Shown here one piece after another: positions 12,085 to 26,600 of a DNA stretch of 64,000 nucleotides. Origin of the DNA: Hypanus sabinus (taxonomy: Eukaryota). The stretch spans positions 1-64,000 of the forward strand of contig NW_026779338.1 of NCBI RefSeq assembly GCF_030144855.1, given 5' to 3'. A program made the translations under genes and the position numbers. The notes under the pieces are model-generated. The model worked only from the letters and a program-made list of their open reading frames with translations. It was not told the origin of the DNA and ran no database searches. Positions within the stretch are counted from its first letter, which is position 1. Each line of letters begins with the position of its first letter.

Positions 12085-13290
12085 GGTACAGATGGAGCGC
12101 TGTCCAGTGAGAGTATCAGTAACAACAGAGTACAACACTGTAACAGTGAGGGAGCGCTGTCCAGTGAGAGTATCAGTAACAATAGAGTACAACACTGTAA
12201 CAGTGAGGGAGCGCTGTCCAGTGAGAGTATCAGCAACAATAGAGTACAACACTGTAACAGTGAGGGAGCACTGCACAGTGAGAGTATCAGCAACAATAGA
12301 GTACAACACTGTAACAGTGAGGGAGCGCTGTCCAGTGAGAGTATCAGCAACAACAGAGTACAACACTGTAACAGTGAGGGAGCGCTGTCCAGTGAGAGTA
12401 TCAGCAACAATAGAGTACAACACTGTAACAGTGAGGGAGCGCTGTCCAGTGAGAGTATCAGAAACAATAGAGAACAACACTGTAACAGTGAGGGAGCGCT
12501 GTCCAGTGAGAGTATCAGTAACAATAGAGAACAACACTGTAACAGTGAGAGTATCAGCAGCAATAGAGTACAACACTGTAACAGTGAGGGAGCGCTGTCC
12601 AGTGAGAGTATCAGCAACAATAGAGTACAACACTGTAACAGTGAGGGAGCGCTGTCCAGTGAGAGTATCAGAAACAATAGAGAACAACACTGTAACAGTG
12701 AGGGAGCGCTGTCCAGTGAGAGTATCAGAAACAATAGAGAACAACACTGTAACAGTGAGGGAGCGCTGCACAGTGAGAGTATCAGAAACAATAGAGAACA
12801 ACACTGTAAGAGTGAGGGAGCGCTGTCCAGTGAGAGTATCAGAAACAATAGAGAACAACACTGTAACAGTGAGGGAGCGCTGTCCAGTGAGAGTATCAGA
12901 AACAATAGAGTACAACACTGTAACAGTGAGGGAGCGCTGTCCAGTGAGAGTATCAGCAACAATAGAGTACAACACAGTAACAGTGAGGGAGCGCTGTCCA
13001 GTGAGAGTATCAGTAACAATAGAGTACAACACTGTAACAGTGAGGGAGCGCTGCACAGTGAGAGTATCAGTAACAATAGAGTACAACACTGTAACAGTGA
13101 GGGAGCGCTGCACAGTGAGAGTATCAGTAACAATAGAGTACAACACTGTAACAGTGAGGGAGCGCTGCACAGTGAGAGTATCAGAAACAATAGAGTACAA
13201 CACTGTAACAGTGAGGCAGTACTACACAGTGACAGCAGCAGCAACAATAGAGTTCTGCAGTGTAGTACTGAGGGAGCGCTGCATGCTTTG
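12085..13290. repeat. 57-bp minisatellite, right array (CAGTGAGGGAGCGCTGTCCAGTGAGAGTATCAGCAACAATAGAGTACAACACTGTAA), ~21 copies
   Basis: 19-codon periodicity; aligns without gaps to the left 57-bp unit. Confidence 0.95.
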
Positions 13291-13556
13291 ATGGATCACG
13301 GTGAGGGAGTATTTCACTCTCCGAGGAGGGAGAGCTGGACCTGCTGGAATCGATGCAGCTTTGCAAAGCTGAGAATCTGCCCTGGGACAGTGTCTGAACA
13401 GTGTGTGCAGAGGATTAGTAAACTCGGAATGGTTTGATGGGGCAGTACTGATAGGGGACTGTGTTTCTGGGGGAGCAATAACTACACTAATGGAGAGACA
13501 ATGCAGAGGAATTGCTGCATTATGTTAAGATGTCACCGAATGCTGTCCATACTTAC

Positions 13557-13850
13557 ACCGCACGGTTAATGTGACTGTCTGCTCCGATGAAACAGATGTG
13601 TATTTGAATCTGCAGGTGAGATTTTGCCCGTGGAGTTTGAGCGCTGGGGTGAAGGTCAGAACAGATGTATATGTCAGAGTGCCAGCCCGTTCAGTTACAC
13701 TGCTCGAGTTTAATGCCAATACATTCGAGGGCGTGATCCAGGTGAAGCTCGGTGTCGATCCACTACACGAGATGTTGAAGGTGCACCTTATGTTCACTGG
13801 TTTTCCTGCAACCATTTCAGCAGGGAATATCGAGGGCTTATCTGTGAAAT
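13557..13850 (-). CDS. Ig C2-set exon (Siglec domain-2 type)
   Basis: 294 bp, phase 1-1; acceptor ccctttctctgtgttAG, donor T|GTAAGT. Reads (D)FTDKPSIF...VNIRCTFNISCSGSTPSFTW...HGQNLTCRF...VTLTVR, with the extra BC-loop Cys characteristic of Siglec domain 2. Confidence 0.92.
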
Positions 13851-14183
13851 CTAACACAGAGAAAGGGATCCTTTTAGATAAATGTAACGAGTAAGAAATG
13901 ACTGCTGGTTTGGAGGAACAAGCCTGACAGATTCTCTCCCTCTGCTCAAAGCACCTTCACACTCAGCACCTTTGATACTGCTGGGTGAGCAGGTCGGTAA
14001 CACGGGTTTGTGACTGGCAGGATTCTGCCCTAATCACTGTCCACAGCAGAATGGACACCATGCTCGTTAACCCTTCAATGACCATTTAAAATAGGTTTGT
14101 AACTATCTGTACGAAGGTGTGATTGATGTTACAGCGGTTTATCATATATCCCAATTTGATGGAAAATTATACCAGGCACTCAC

Positions 14184-14540
14184 CAGCGACATGGAGCTGA
14201 GTTGGGGGCAGATAGCTGTGTCGATCCACATTTTCAGATGCAATTTTGAAGTAATAATATCCTTCATCTTCCTGCACGATGTTGTCTATAACCAGGGAAC
14301 AGTCGCCATCTTTCAGTTTTCCGGAGAGCCGGGTGCGATGTTGAAACATCGGGAATACCTGACCGTGATCCTTGGAGTGGGCAGTGACAGTTTGAGACCG
14401 ACACTCATCTTTCATCCAGATCCCAACCCAGGTTTCATTGTCCTCGTGCAAAAGAGAACTGTAGTGGCACGGAATCCGGGCACACAAACCCCTCTGCACG
14501 GTCACATCTGGTGGAGTGTTAGCTCTCCGCTCTCCCGACA
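14184..14540 (-). CDS. Siglec-type Ig V-set exon V1 (proximal)
   Basis: 357 bp, phase 1-1; acceptor tcctgttctcctctgtgcAG, donor G|GTGAGT. VTVQRGLCARIPCHY...W...RTRLSGKLKDGDCSLVIDNI..EDEGYYYFK shows the B-E strand cysteines and no F-strand YxC. Confidence 0.92.
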
Positions 14541-14624
14541 CTGCACAGAGGAGAACAGGAACATCTTTCACCACTGATCAGCCACACCCTCAGCACCAGC
14601 CTCAGGTCCCCACTGTGGATACAT

Positions 14625-17600
14625 TCAGTATCTCCCCTCTGACAGTGTGTTGTATCTCAGTATCTCCCCTCTGTCAGTGTGATGTATCTCTCTGTCTACC
14701 CTCTGACAGTGTGATGTATCTCAGTATCTACCCTCTGACAGTGTGATGTATCTCAGTATCTACCCTCTGACAGTGTGATGTATCTCCGTAACTCCCCTCT
14801 GACAGTGTGATGTATCTCAGTATCTACCCTCTGACAGTGTGATGTATCTCAGTATCTCCCCTCTGACAGTGTGATGTATCTCAGTATCTCCCCTCTGACA
14901 GTCTGATGTATCTCAGTATCTCCCCTCTGACAGTGTGATGTATATCAGTAACTCCCCTCTGACAGTGTGATGTGTCTCAGTATCTCCCCTCTGACAGTGT
15001 GATGTCTCTCAGTATCTCCCCTCTGACAGTGTGATGTGTCTCAGTATCTCCCCTCTGACAGTGTGATGTCTCTCAGTATCTCCCCTCTGACAGTGTGATG
15101 TGTCTCAGTAACTCCCCTCTGACAGTGTGATGTGTCTCAGTATCTCCCCTCTGACAGTGTGATGTCTCTCAGTATCTCCCCTCTGACAGTGTGATGTATC
15201 TCAGTATCTCCCCTCTGACAGTGTGATGTATCTCAGTATCTCCCCTCTAACTGTGTGATGTATCTCAGTATCTCCCCTCTGACAGTGTGATGTATCTCAG
15301 TATCTCCCCTCTGACAGTGTGATGTCTCTCAGTATCTCCCCTCTGACAGTGTGATGTCTCTCAGTATCTCCCATCTGACAGTGTGATGTATCTCAGTATC
15401 TCCCCTCTGACTGTGTGATGTATCTCAGTATCTCCCCTCTGACAGTGTGATGTCTCTCAGTATCTCCCCTCTGACAGTGTGATGTCTCTCAGTATCTGCC
15501 CTCTGACAGTGTGATGTATCTCAGTATCTCCCCTCTGACAGTGTAATGTCTCTCAGTATCTCCCCTCTGACAGTGTGATGTCTCTCAGTATCTCCCATCT
15601 GACAGTGTGATGTATCTCAGTATCTCCCCTCTGACAGTGTGATGTCTCTCAGTATCTCCCCTCTGACAGTGTGATGTCTCTCAGTATCTCCCATCTGACA
15701 GTGTGATGTGTCTCAGTATCTCCCCTCTGACAGTGTGATGTCTCTCAGTATCTCCCCTCTGACTGTGTGATGTATCTCAGTATCTCCCCTCTGACAGTGT
15801 GATGTATCTCAGTATCTCCCCTCTGACAGTGTGATGTCTCTCAGTATCTCCCCTCTGACAGTGTGATGTCTCTCACTATCTCCCATCTGACAGTGTGATG
15901 TCTCTCAGTATCTGCCCTCTGACAGTGTGATGTATCTCAGTATCTCCCCTCTGACAGTGTGATGTCTCGCAGTATCTCCCCTCTGACAGTGTGATGTCTC
16001 TCAGTATCTCCCATCTGACAGTGTGATGTATCTCAGTATCTCCCCTCTGACAGTGTGATGTCTCTCAGTATCTCCCCTCTGACAGTGTGATGTCTCTCAG
16101 TATCTCCCATCTGACAGTGTGATGTGTCTCAGTATCTCCCCTCTGACAGTGTGATGTCTCTCAGTATCTGCCCTCTGACAGTGTGATGTATCTCAGTATC
16201 TCCCCTCTGACAGTGTGATGTATCTCAGTATCTCCCCTCTGACAGTGTGATGTCTCTCAGTATCTCCCATCTGACAGTGTGATGTGTCTCAGTATCTCCC
16301 CTCTGACAGTGAGATGTCTCTCAGTATCTCCCATCTGACAGTGTGATGTCTCTCAGTATCTCCCCTCTGACAGTGTGATGTCTCTCAGTATCTCCCATCT
16401 GACAGTGTGATGTGTCTCAGTATCTCCCCTCTGACAGTGTGATGTCTCTCAGTATCTGCCCTCTGACAGTGTGATGTATCTCAGTATCTTCCCTCTGACA
16501 GTGTGATGTATCTCAGTATCTCCCCTCTGACAGTGTGATGTATCTCAGTATCTCCCCTCTGACAGTGTGATGTCTCTCAGTATCTCCCATCTGACAGTGT
16601 GATGTGTCTCAGTATCTCCCCTCTGACAGTGAGATGTCTCTCAGTATCTCCCATCTGACAGTGTGATGTCTCTCAGTATCTCCCCTCTGACAGTGTGATG
16701 TCTCTCAGTATCTCCCATCTGACAGTGTGATGTGTCTCAGTATCTCCCCTCTGACAGTGTGATGTCTCTCAGTATCTGCCCTCTGACAGTGTGATGTATC
16801 TCAGTATCTTCCCTCTGACAGTGTGATGTATCTCAGTATCTCCCCTCTGACAGTGTGATGTATCTCAGTATCTCCCCTCTGACAGTGTGATGTCTCTCAG
16901 TATCTCCCATCTGACAGTGTGATGTGTCTCAGTATCTCCCCTCTGACAGTGAGATGTCTCTCAGTATCTCCCATCTGACAGTGTGATGTCTCTCAGTATC
17001 TCCCCTCTGACAGTGTGATGTCTCTCAGTATCTCCCATCTGACAGTGTGATGTGTCTCAGTATCTCCCCTCTGACAGTGTGATGTCTCTCAGTATCTGCC
17101 CTCTGACAGTGTGATGTATCTCAGTATCTTCCCTCTGACAGTGTGATGTATCTCAGTATCTCCCCTCTGACAGTGTGATGTATCTCAGTATCTCCCCTCT
17201 GACAGTGTGATGTCTCTCAGTATCTCCCATCTGACAGTGATGTGTCTCAGTATCTCCCCTCTGACAATGAGATGTCTCTCAGTATCTCCCATCTGACAGT
17301 GTGATGTCTCTCAGTATCTCCCCTCTGACAGTGTGATGTCTCTCAGTATCTCCCCTCTGACAGTGTGATGTCTCTCAGTATCTCCCCTCTGACAGTGTGA
17401 TGTCTCTCAGTATCTCCCATCTGACAGTGTGATGTATCTCAGTATCTCCCCTCTGACTGTGTGATGTATCTCAGTATCTCCCCTCTGACAGTGTGATGTC
17501 TCTCAGTATCTCCCCTCTGACAGTGTGATGTCTCTCAGTATCTGCCCTCTGACAGTGTGATGTATCTGAGTATCTCCCCTCTGACAGTGTAATGTCTCTC

Positions 17601-20600
17601 AGTATCTCCCCTCTGACAGTGTGATGTATCTCAGTATCTCCCCTCTGACAGTGCGATGTCTCTCAGTATCTCCCCTCCGACAGTGTGATGTCTCTCAGTA
17701 TCTCCCATCTGACAGTGTGATGTGTCTCAGTATCTCCCCTCTGACAGTGTGATGTCTCTCAGTATCTCCCCTCTGACTGTGTGATGTATCTCAGTATCTC
17801 CCCTCTGACAGTGTGATGTATCTCAGTATCTCCCCTCTGACAGTGTGATGTCTCTCAGTATCTCCCCTCTGACAGTGTGATGTCTCTCACTATCTCACAT
17901 CTGACAGTGTGATGTCTCTCAGTATCTGCCCTCTGACAGTGTGATGTATCTCAGTATCTCCGCTCTGACAGTGTGATGTCTCGCAGTATCTCCCCTCTGA
18001 CAGTGTGATGTCTCTCAGTATCTCCCATCTGACAGTGTGATGTATCTCAGTATCTCCCCTCTGACAGTGTGATGTCTCTCAGTATCTCCCCTCTGACAGT
18101 GTGATGTCTCTCAGTATCTCCCATCTGACAGTGTGATGTGTCTCAGTATCTCCCCTCTGACAGTGTGATGTCTCTCAGTATCTGCCCTCTGACAGTGTGA
18201 TGTATCTCAGTATCTCCCCTCTGACAGTGTGATGTATCTCAGTATCTCCCCTCTGACAGTGTGATGTCTCTCAGTATCTCCCATCTGACAGTGTGATGTG
18301 TCTCAGTATCTCCCCTCTGACAGTGAGATGTCTCTCAGTATCTCCCATCTGACAGTGTGATGTCTCTCAGTATCTCCCCTCTGACAGTGTGATGTCTCTC
18401 AGTATCTCCCATCTGACAGTGTGATGTGTCTCAGTATCTCCCCTCTGACAGTGTGATGTCTCGCAGTATCAGCCCTCTGACAGTGTGATGTATCTCAGTA
18501 TCATCCCTCTGACAGTGTGATGTATCTCAGTATCTCCCCTCTGACAGTGTGATGTATCTCAGTATCTCCCCTCTGACAGTGTGATGTCTCTCAGTATCTC
18601 CCATCTGACAGTGTGATGTGTCTCAGTATCTCCCCTCTGACAGTGAGATGTCTCTCAGTATCTCCCATCTGACAGTGTGATGTCTCTCAGTATCTCCCCT
18701 CTGACAGTGTGATGTCTCTCAGTATCTCCCATCTGACAGTGTGATGTGTCTCAGTATCTCCCCTCTGACAGTGTGATGTCTCTCAGTATCTGCCCTCTGA
18801 CAGTGTGATGTATCTCAGTATCTTCCCTCTGACAGTGTGATGTATCTCAGTATCTCCCCTCTGACAGTGTGATGTATCTCAGTATCTCCCCTCTGACAGT
18901 GTGATGTCTCTCAGTACCTCCCATCTGACAGTGTGATGTGTCTCAGTATCTCCCCTCTGACAGTGAGATGTCTCTCAGTATCTCCCATCTGACAGTGTGA
19001 TGTGTCTCAGTATCTCCCCTCTGACAGTGTGATGTCTCTCAGTATCTCCCCTCTGACTGTGTGATGTCTCTCACTATCTCCCATCTGACAGTGTGATGTC
19101 TCTCAGTATCTGCCCTCTGACAGTGTGATGTATCTCAGTATCTCCCCTCTGACAGTGTGATGTCTCGCAGTATCTCCCCTCTGACAGTGTGATGTCTCTC
19201 AGTATCTCCCATCTGACAGTGTGATGTATCTCAGTATCTCCCCTCTGACAGTGTGATGTCTCTCAGTATCTCCCCTCTGACAGTGTGATGTCTCTCAGTA
19301 TCTCCCATCTGACAGTGAGATGTGTCTCAGTATCTCCCCTCTGACAGTGTGATGTCTCTCAGTATCTGCCCTCTGACAGTGTGATGTATCTCAGTATCTC
19401 CCCTCTGACAGTGTGATGTATCTCAGTATCTCCCCTCTGACAGTGTGATGTCTCTCAGTATCTCCCATCTGACAGTGTAATGTGTCTCAGTATCTCCCCT
19501 CTGACAGTGAGATGTCTCTCAGTATCTCCCATCTGACAGTGTGATGTCTCTCAGTATCTCCCCTCTGACAGTGTGATGTCTCTCAGTATCTCCCATCTGA
19601 CAGTGTGATGTGTCTCAGTATCTCCCCTCTGACAGTGTGATGTCTCTCAGTATCTGCCCTCTGACAGTGTGATGTATCTCAGTATCTTCCCTCTGACAGT
19701 GTGATGTATCTCAGTATCTCCCCTCTGACAGTGTGATGTATCTCAGTATCTCCCCTCTGACAGTGTGATGTCACTCAGTATCTCCCATCTGACAGTGTGA
19801 TGTGTCTCAGTATCTCCCCTCTGACAGTGAGATGTCTCTCAGTATCTCCCATCTGACAGTGTGATGTCTCTCAGTATCTCCCCTCTGACAGTGTGATGTC
19901 TCTCAGTATCTCCCATCTGACAGTGTGATGTGTCTCAGTATCTCCCCTCTGACAGTGTGATGTCTCTCAGTATCTGCCCTCTGACAGTGTGATGTATCTC
20001 AGTATCTTCCCTCTGACAGTGTGATGTATCTCAGTATCTCCCCACTGACAGTGTGATGTATCTCAGTATCTCCCCTCTGACAGTGTGATGTCTCTCAGTA
20101 TCTCCCATCTGACAGTGTGATGTGTCTCAGTATCTCCCCTCTGACAGTGAGATGTCTCTCAGTATCTCCCATCTGACAGTGTGATGTATCTCAGTATCTC
20201 CCCTCTGACAGTGTGATGTCTCTCAGTATCTGCCCTCTGACAGTGTGATGTCTCTCAGTATCTCCCCTCTGACAGTGTGATGTCTCTCAGTATCTCCCAT
20301 CTGACAGTGTGATGTATCTCAGTATCTCCCCTCTGACAGTGTGATGTATCTCAGTATCTCCCCTCTGACAGTGTGATGTCTCTCAGTATCACCCCTCTGA
20401 CAGTGTGATGTATCTCAGTATCTCCCCTCTGACAGTGTGATGTCTCTCTCTATCTCCCCTCTGACAGTGTGATGTATCACAGTATCTCCCCTCTGACAGT
20501 GTGATGTCTCTCAGTGTCTACCCTCTGACAGTGTGATGTATCTCAGTATCTCCCCTCTGACAGTGTGATGTCTCTCAGTATCTCCCCTCTGACAGTGTGA

Positions 20601-23600
20601 TGTATCTCAGTAACTCCCCTCTGACAGTGTGATGTATCTCTCTATCTACCCTCTGACAGTGTGATGTATCTCTCTATCTACCCTCTGACAGTGTGATGTA
20701 TCTCTCTATCTACCCTCTGACAGTGTGATGTATCTCAGTAACTCCCCTCTGACAGTGTGATGTATCTCTCTATCTACCCTCTGACAGTGTGATGTATCTC
20801 TCTATCTACCCTCTGACAGTGTGATGTATCTCAGTAACTCCCCTCTGACAGTGTGATGTATCTCAGTATCTACCCTCTGACAGTGTGATGTATCTCAGTA
20901 TCTACCCTCTGACAGTGTGATGTATCTCAGTATCTCCCCTCTGACAGTCTGATGTATCTCAGTATCTCCCCTCTGACAGTGTGATGTGTCTCAGTATCTG
21001 CCCTCTGACAGTGTGATGTATCTCAGTATCTTCCCTCTGACAGTGTGATGTATCTCAGTATCTCCCCTCTGACAGTGTGATGTATCTCAGTATCTCCCCT
21101 CTGACAGTGTGATGTCTCTCAGTATCTCCCATCTGACAGTGTGATGTGTCTCAGTATCTCCCCTCTGACAGTGAGATGTCTCTCAGTATCTCCCATCTGA
21201 CAGTGTGATGTCTCTCAGTATCTCCCCTCTGACAGTGTGATGTCTCTCAGTATCTCCCATCTGACAGTGTGATGTGTCTCAGTATCTCCCCTCTGACAGT
21301 GTGATGTCTCTCAGTATCTGCCCTCTGACAGTGTGATGTATCTCAGTATCTTCCCTCTGACAGTGTGATGTATCTCAGTATCTCCCCTCTGACAGTGTGA
21401 TGTCTCTCAGTATCTCCCATCTGACAGTGTGATGTGTCTCAGTATCTCCCCTCTGACAGTGTGATGTCTCTCAGTATCTGCCCTCTGACAGTGTGATGTC
21501 TCTCAGTATCTCCCCTCTGACAGTGTGATGTCTCTCAGTATCTCCCATCTGACAGTGTGATGTATCTCAGTATCTCCCCTCTGACAGTGTGATGTATCTC
21601 AGTATCTCCCCTCTGAAAGTGTGATGTCTCCCAGTATCACCCCTCTGACAGTGTGATGTATCTCAGTATCTCCCCTCTGACAGTGTGATGTCTCTCTCTA
21701 TCTCCCCTCTGACAGTGTGATGTATCTCAGTATCTCCCCTCTGACAGTGTGATGTCTCTCAGTATCTACCCTCTGACAGTGTGATGTATCTCAGTAACTC
21801 CCCTCTGACAGTGTGATGTATCTCTCTATCTACCCTCTGACAGTGTGATGTATCTCTCTATCTACCCTCTGACAGTGTGATGTATCTCAGTAACTCCCCT
21901 CTGACAGTGTGATGTATCTCAGTATCTACCCTCTGACAGTGTGATGTATCTCAGTATCTACCCTCTGACAGTGTGATGTATCTCAGTATCTCCCCTCTGA
22001 CAGTCTGATGTATCTCAGTATCTCCCCTCTGACAGTGTGATGTGTCTCAGTATCTCCCCTCTGACAGTCTGATGTATCTCAGTATCTCCCCTCTGACAGT
22101 GTGATGTATCTCAGTAACTCCCCTCTGACAGTGTGATGTATCTCAGTATCTCCCCTCTGATAGTGTGATGACTCTCAGTATCTCCCCTCTGACAGTGTAA
22201 TGTATCTCTCTATCTACCCTCTGACAGTCTGATGTATCTCAGTATCTCCCCTCTGACAGTGTAATGTATCTCTCTATCTACCCTCTGACAGTCTGATGTA
22301 TCTCAGTATCTCCCCTCTGACAGTGTGATGTATCTCAGTATCTCCCCTCTGACAGTGTGATGTATCTCAGTATCTACCCTCTGACAGTGTGATGTATCTC
22401 AGTATCTCCCCTCTGACAGTGTGATGTCTCTCAGTATCTCCCCTCTGACAGTGTGATGTATCTCAGTATCTACCCTCTGACAGTGTGATGTATCTCCGTA
22501 ACTCCCCTCTGACAGTGTGATGTATCTCAGTATCTACCCTCTGACAGTGTGATGTATCTCAGTATCTCCCCTCTGACAGTGTGATGTATCTCAGTATCTC
22601 CCCTCTGACCGTCTGATGTATCTCAGTATCTCCCCTCTGACAGTGTGATGTATATCAGTAACTCCCCTCTGACAGTGTGATGTGTCTCAGTATCTCCCCT
22701 CTGACAGTGTGATGTCTCTCAGTATCTCCCCTCTGACAGTGTGATGTGTCTCAGTATCTCCCCTCTGACAGTGTGATGTCTCTCAGTATCTCCCCTCTGA
22801 CAGTGTGATGTGTCTCAGTAACTCCCCTCTGACAGTGTGATGTGTCTCAGTATCTCCCCTCTGACAGTGTGATGTCTCTCAGTATCTCCCCTCTGACAGT
22901 GTGATGTATCTCAGTATCTCCCCTCTGACAGTGTGATGTATCTCAGTATCTCCCCTCTAACTGTGTGATGTATCTCAGTATCTCCCCTCTGACAGTGTGA
23001 TGTATCTCAGTATCTCCCCTCTGACAGTGTGATGTCTCTCAGTATCTCCCCTCTGACAGTGTGATGTCTCTCAGTATCTCCCATCTGACAGTGTGATGTG
23101 TCTCAGTATCTCCCCTCTGACAGTGTGATGTCTCTCAGTATCTCCCCTCTGACTGTGTGATGTATCTCAGTATCTCCCCTCTGACAGTGTGATGTATCTC
23201 AGTATCTCCCCTCTGACAGTGTGATGTCTCTCAGTATCTCCCCTCTGACAGTGTGATGTCTCTCACTATCTCCCATCTGACAGTGTGATGTCTCTCAGTA
23301 TCTGCCCTCTGACAGTGTGATGTATCTCAGTATCTCCCCTCTGACAGTGTGATGTCTCGCAGTATCTCCCCTCTGACAGTGTGATGTCTCTCAGTATCTC
23401 CCATCTGACAGTGTGATGTATCTCAGTATCTCCCCTCTGACAGTGTGATGTCTCTCAGTATCTCCCCTCTGACAGTGTGATGTCTCTCAGTATCTCCCAT
23501 CTGACAGTGTGATGTGTCTCAGTATCTCCCCTCTGACAGTGTGATGTCTCTCAGTATCTGCCCTCTGACAGTGTGATGTATCTCAGTATCTCCCCTCTGA

Positions 23601-26600
23601 CAGTGTGATGTATCTCAGTATCTCCCCTCTGACAGTGTGATGTCTCTCACTATCTCCCATCTGACAGTGTGATGTCTCTCAGTATCTGCCCTCTGACAGT
23701 GTGATGTATCTCAGTATCTCCCCTCTGACAGTGTGATGTCTCGCAGTATCTCCCCTCTGACAGTGTGATGTCTCTCAGTATCTCCCATCTGACAGTGTGA
23801 TGTATCTCAGTATCTCCCCTCTGACAGTGTGATGTCTCTCAGTATCTCCCCTCTGACAGTGTGATGTCTCTCAGTATCTCCCATCTGACAGTGTGATGTG
23901 TCTCAGTATCTCCCCTCTGACAGTGTGATGTCTCTCAGTATCTGCCCTCTGACAGTGTGATGTATCTCAGTATCTCCCCTCTGACAGTGTGATGTATCTC
24001 AGTATCTCCCCTCTGACAGTGTGATGTCTCTCAGTATCTCCCATCTGACAGTGTGATGTGTCTCAGTATCTCCCCTCTGACAGTGAGATGTCTCTCAGTA
24101 TCTCCCATCTGACAGTGTGATGTCTCTCAGTATCTCCCCTCTGACAGTGTGATGTCTCTCAGTATCTCCCATCTGACAGTGTGATGTGTCTCAGTATCTC
24201 CCCTCTGACAGTGTGATGTCTCTCAGTATCTGCCCTCTGACAGTGTGATGTATCTCAGTATCTCCCCTCTGACAGTGAGATGTCTCTCAGTATCTCCCAT
24301 CTGACAGTGTGATGTCTCTCAGTATCTCCCCTCTGACAGTGTGATGTCTCTCAGTATCTCCCATCTGACAGTGTGATGTGTCTCAGTATCTCCCCTCTGA
24401 CAGTGTGATGTCTCTCAGTATCTGCCCTCTGACAGTGTGATGTATCTCAGTATCTCCCCTCTGACAGTGTGATCTCTCTCAGTATCTCCCCTCTGACAGT
24501 GTGATGTCTCTCAGTATCTCCCATCTGACAGTGTGATGTGTCTCAGTATCTCCCCTCTGACAGTGTGATGTCTCTCAGTATCTCCCCTCTGACTGTGTGA
24601 TGTATCTCAGTATCTCCCCTCTGACAGTGTGATGTATCTCAGTATCTCCCCTCTGACAGTGTGATGTCTCTCAGTATCTCCCCTCTGACAGTGTGATGTC
24701 TCTCACTATCTCCCATCTGACAGTGTGATGTCTCTCAGTATCTGCCCTCTGACAGTGTGATGTATCTCAGTATCTCCCCTCTGACAGTGTGATATCTCGC
24801 AGTATCTCCCCTCTGACAGTGTGATGTCTCTCAGTATCTCCCATCTGACAGTGTGATGTATCTCAGTATCTCCCCTCAGACAGTGTGATGTCTCTCAGTA
24901 TCTCCCCTCTGACAGTGTGATGTCTCTCAGTATCTCCCATCTGACAGTGTGATGTGTCTCAGTATCTCCCCTCTGACAGTGTGATGTCTCTCAGTATCTG
25001 TCCTCTGACAGTGTGATGTATCTCAGTATCTCCCCTCTGACAGTGTGATGTATCTCGGTATCTCCCCTCTGACAGTGTGATGTGTCTCAGTATCTCCCCT
25101 CTGACAGTGAGATGTCTCTCAGTATCTCCCATCTGACAGTGTGATGTCTCTCAGTATCTCCCCTCTGACTGTGTGATGTATCTCAGTATCTCCCCTCTGA
25201 CAGTGTGATGTATCTCAGTATCTCCCCTCTGACAGTGTGATGTCTCTCAGTATCTCCCCTCTGACAGTGTGATGTCTCTCACTATCTCCCATCTGACAGT
25301 GTGATGTCTCTCAGTATCTGCCCTCTGACAGTGTGATGTATCTCAGTATCTCCCCTCTGACAGTGTGATGTCTCGCAGTATCTCCCCTCTGACAGTGTGA
25401 TGTCTCTCAGTATCTCCCATCTGACAGTGTGATGTATCTCAGTATCTCCCCTCTGACAGTGTGATGTTTCTCAGTATCTCCCCTCTGACAGTGTGATGTC
25501 TCTCAGTATCTCCCATCTGACAGTGTGATGTGTCTCAGTATCTCCCCTCTGACAGTGTGATGTCTCTCAGTATCTGCCCTCTGACAGTGTGATGTATCTC
25601 AGTATCTTCCCTCTGACAGTGTGATGTATCTCAGTATCTCCCCTCTGACAGTGTGATGTATCTCAGTATCTCCCCTCTGACAGTGTGATGTCTCTCAGTA
25701 TCTCCCATCTGACAGTGTGATGTGTCTCAGTATCTCCCCTCTGACAGTGAGATGTCTCTCAGTATCTCCCATCTGACAGTGTGATGTCTCTCAGTATCTC
25801 CCCTCTGACAGTGTGATGTCTCTCAGTATCTCCCATCTGACAGTGTGATGTGTCTCAGTATCTCCCCTCTGACAGTGTGATGTCTCTCAGTATCTGCCCT
25901 CTGACAGTGTGATGTATCTCAGTATCTTCCCTCTGACAGTGTGATGTATCTCAGTATCTCCCCTCTGACAGTGTGATGTATCTCAGTATCTCCCCTCTGA
26001 CAGTGTGATGTCTCTCAGTATCTCCCATCTGACAGTGTGATGTGTCTCAGTATCTCCCCTCTGACAGTGAGATGTCTCTCAGTATCTCCCATCTGACAGT
26101 GTGATGTCTCTCAGTATCTCCCCTCTGACAGTGTGATGTCTCTCAGTATCTCCCATCTGACAGTGTGATGTGTCTCAGTATCTCCCCTCTGACAGTGTGA
26201 TGTCTCTCAGTATCTCCCCTCTGACAGTGTGATGTATCTCAGTATCTTCCCTCTGACAGTGTGATGTATCTCAGTATCTCCCCTCTGACAGTGTGATGTC
26301 TCTCAGTATCTCCTATCTGACAGTGTGATGTGTCTCAGTATCTCCCCTCTGACAGTGTGATGTCTCTCAGTATCTGCCCTCTGACAGTGTGATGTCTCTC
26401 AGTATCTCCCCTCTGACAGTGTGATGTCTCTCAGTATCTCCCATCTGACAGTGTGATGTATCTCAGTATCTCCCCTCTGACAGTGTGATGTATCTCAGTA
26501 TCTCCCCTCTGACAGTGTGATGTCTCTCAGTATCACCCCTCTGACAGTGTGATGTATCTCAGTATCTCCCCTCTGACAGTGTGATGTCTCTCTCTATCTC

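Noticed and set aside
8929-13437. 400-470 aa ORFs on both strands
   Set aside because: The 57-bp unit is stop-free in several frames, so overlapping ORFs on both strands indicate an artefact.
9004-14617. V(D)J recombination signals (CACAGTG in many 57-bp units and at 14611-14617; CACACTG in the giant array)
   Set aside because: No ACAAAAACC-like nonamer at 12 or 23 bp where checked, and the V exons end in splice donors rather than RSSs.
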